From: Chrysemys picta bellii
Lineage: Eukaryota
DNA: 64,000 nt
NCBI RefSeq assembly: GCF_011386835.1
Contig: NC_088806.1
Coordinates: 1,178,001-1,242,000, forward strand
Direction: 5' to 3'
The notes under the pieces are model-generated. The model saw nothing but the letters and a program-made list of their open reading frames with translations. It had not been told where the DNA came from and did no database searches. How positions within the stretch are numbered: position 1 is the first letter of the stretch; each line of letters starts with the position of its first letter. This document shows positions 62,508 through 64,000 of the stretch, piece after piece. The position numbers were made by a program, and so were the translations under genes.

Positions 62508-64000
62508 TGTTGTACTTAAAGTCCTGCACAGGATCTTTTCAGGGGGAATAAGACAAAACACCACATTTATTAGTGATACATGTATTCATTAACACTGTAT
62601 CATACGCATATAATATATTACACTTACACTCACACTCACACACAAACACACTCCGTCTTGTTGTTACCAATTAGTTGCTCCCCTTAACTTCACTGGCCAG
62701 GTGAGTTAGATGGGGGAGGGGGTGGAGCCGGGCTTCTGCCGATCCGGATCGATGCTCCCATGTTGACAAGACGAGACCCGGGGTCCTCTGCAAGACACCT
62801 CACTTTTATAGCAGCTTTCCTCTCATGCAAATCTAGACCAGATTCAAACTCTTGTGTCTGTGTCCATTGGTCCTTTGTGCTGCTTTCTTTTGAGTGTTGT
62901 CCCAATGCTGCAAAGAGGGTGTTTCCAAAAGAAGGTGCTTGCTTCTAACCCCCCAGGCCGTCAGTATGTCTGCTTGTCTTTAATGAGCCCACTTGACACG
63001 TTTTATTGTCCTTGAGTCTGGCTCCCAGCCCCTCTCCAACAGTTGAGGCTGTCTGGAGGTGCTGCCTCCCCTGCCTTGCTCATCCACACCTCATTCATTC
63101 AACAGGGCAATTGATTAAGGGGGGAGGGGAGAGCTCTTGTTCTACTGCTAGCAAAAAGAAATTTTTCTTCTATCTTATTCTATCTTTAGGGGCTATAATA
63201 TTATACCAAGGGCAATGTAAAGTTTCTAAATGAGGTTTTGATACAAAGTCCCATGAAAACAGAGGTCACACGTGGGTAGACCCACCACAAGGTTATATGA
63301 AGAGGCACAATGTAAAGTCATATGAAAATTATCAGAGATTGATCTACATTGTCCCCCTTTTGACCTCTCAAGAACAATTCTTGAGTGGTCACCATATGAA
63401 TCTTTTGTATTTGTTGCAAACAAGCCAAACAATTATAACCAGGTGAATATAACTAAAACTATTACAATTGACTAAACACCAGATATAACATAAACACAAA
63501 TGCAAGCAATTATAATTATAATAATTGGAAATACAACAAAACCATTACCATTCCAATAATTGGGTACATTGACAAACAAAATGAGGCCCAAGTTTGATGC
63601 TGCAATAGCCATCAAACAATAAAAGTCACTGAGGTCAGGACCTTCTTAAGCACACACAACAAATAAGATTTTGTAGGAGTACCACAGTTGTTATGCAAGG
63701 TTAAGCTGATTTGGACTTAAACTAACATTCAGTTGCTAAAATGTTGTAGAATTTCCTATTTTTAACAGTTGTTCTCAGAGGTTTCTGGGGACCTGAAAGA
63801 TGGGGCCATACAATTATGGGCCAAGGTCTTACAGGTTATGGGGGCCCAAGAACTACCCTCTAGGGTTCGGGAAGAAGAATCGGAGGGCATAGAGGAAAGT
63901 GTGGAATTAATAATAATACAAGCAAATGTAACTAACAATACAAATGTATTAATAACAAAAATTAACAACAAAATGACTATTAGAGAACCTAACAACAAAT
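62508..64000 (-). mobile_element. ERV 3' end: LTR 62508-63348, PPT, and 3' internal region running off the window; related to the ERV at 13467
   Basis: TG...CA termini, minus-strand AATAAA near 62570, PPT AAAAGGGGGAC. Shares GGATCTTTTCAGGGG and a PPT-adjacent hairpin with the 13467 element. Hydrophobic ORF 63762-63998 is possibly env TM or an accessory ORF. Confidence 0.75.

Overview
Vertebrate genomic DNA, most likely a turtle (inferred from the CR1, Harbinger, LTR and Penelope repeat types and the GC-rich, minisatellite-laden gene block). Left half (1-31.4 kb) is almost all nested transposons. One nest is CR1(-) > CR1(-) > near full-length CR1(+) > Harbinger. A second is a solo LTR split over 18.4 kb by a decayed ERV, a Penelope end carrying a hammerhead-like motif, and an LTR-I-LTR-I-LTR Gypsy tandem whose middle LTR is a recombinant of the outer two. 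Right half (32.6-64 kb) carries VMO1(-), GLTPD2(+), PSMB6(+), a C17orf114 orthologue(-) and the 5' part of PLD2(+), in the order I recall for human 17p13.2. The most notable feature lies between VMO1 and GLTPD2: an intact five-exon gene (38096-41397) encoding leader, germline-fused VJ domain, C1-set domain, Cys-bearing connecting peptide, TCR-like transmembrane segment and Pro/Arg tail. It is a non-rearranging antigen-receptor-like chain linked to a proteasome beta-subunit gene. Exon boundaries were read by hand from GT-AG sites and reading frame; no database search was run.
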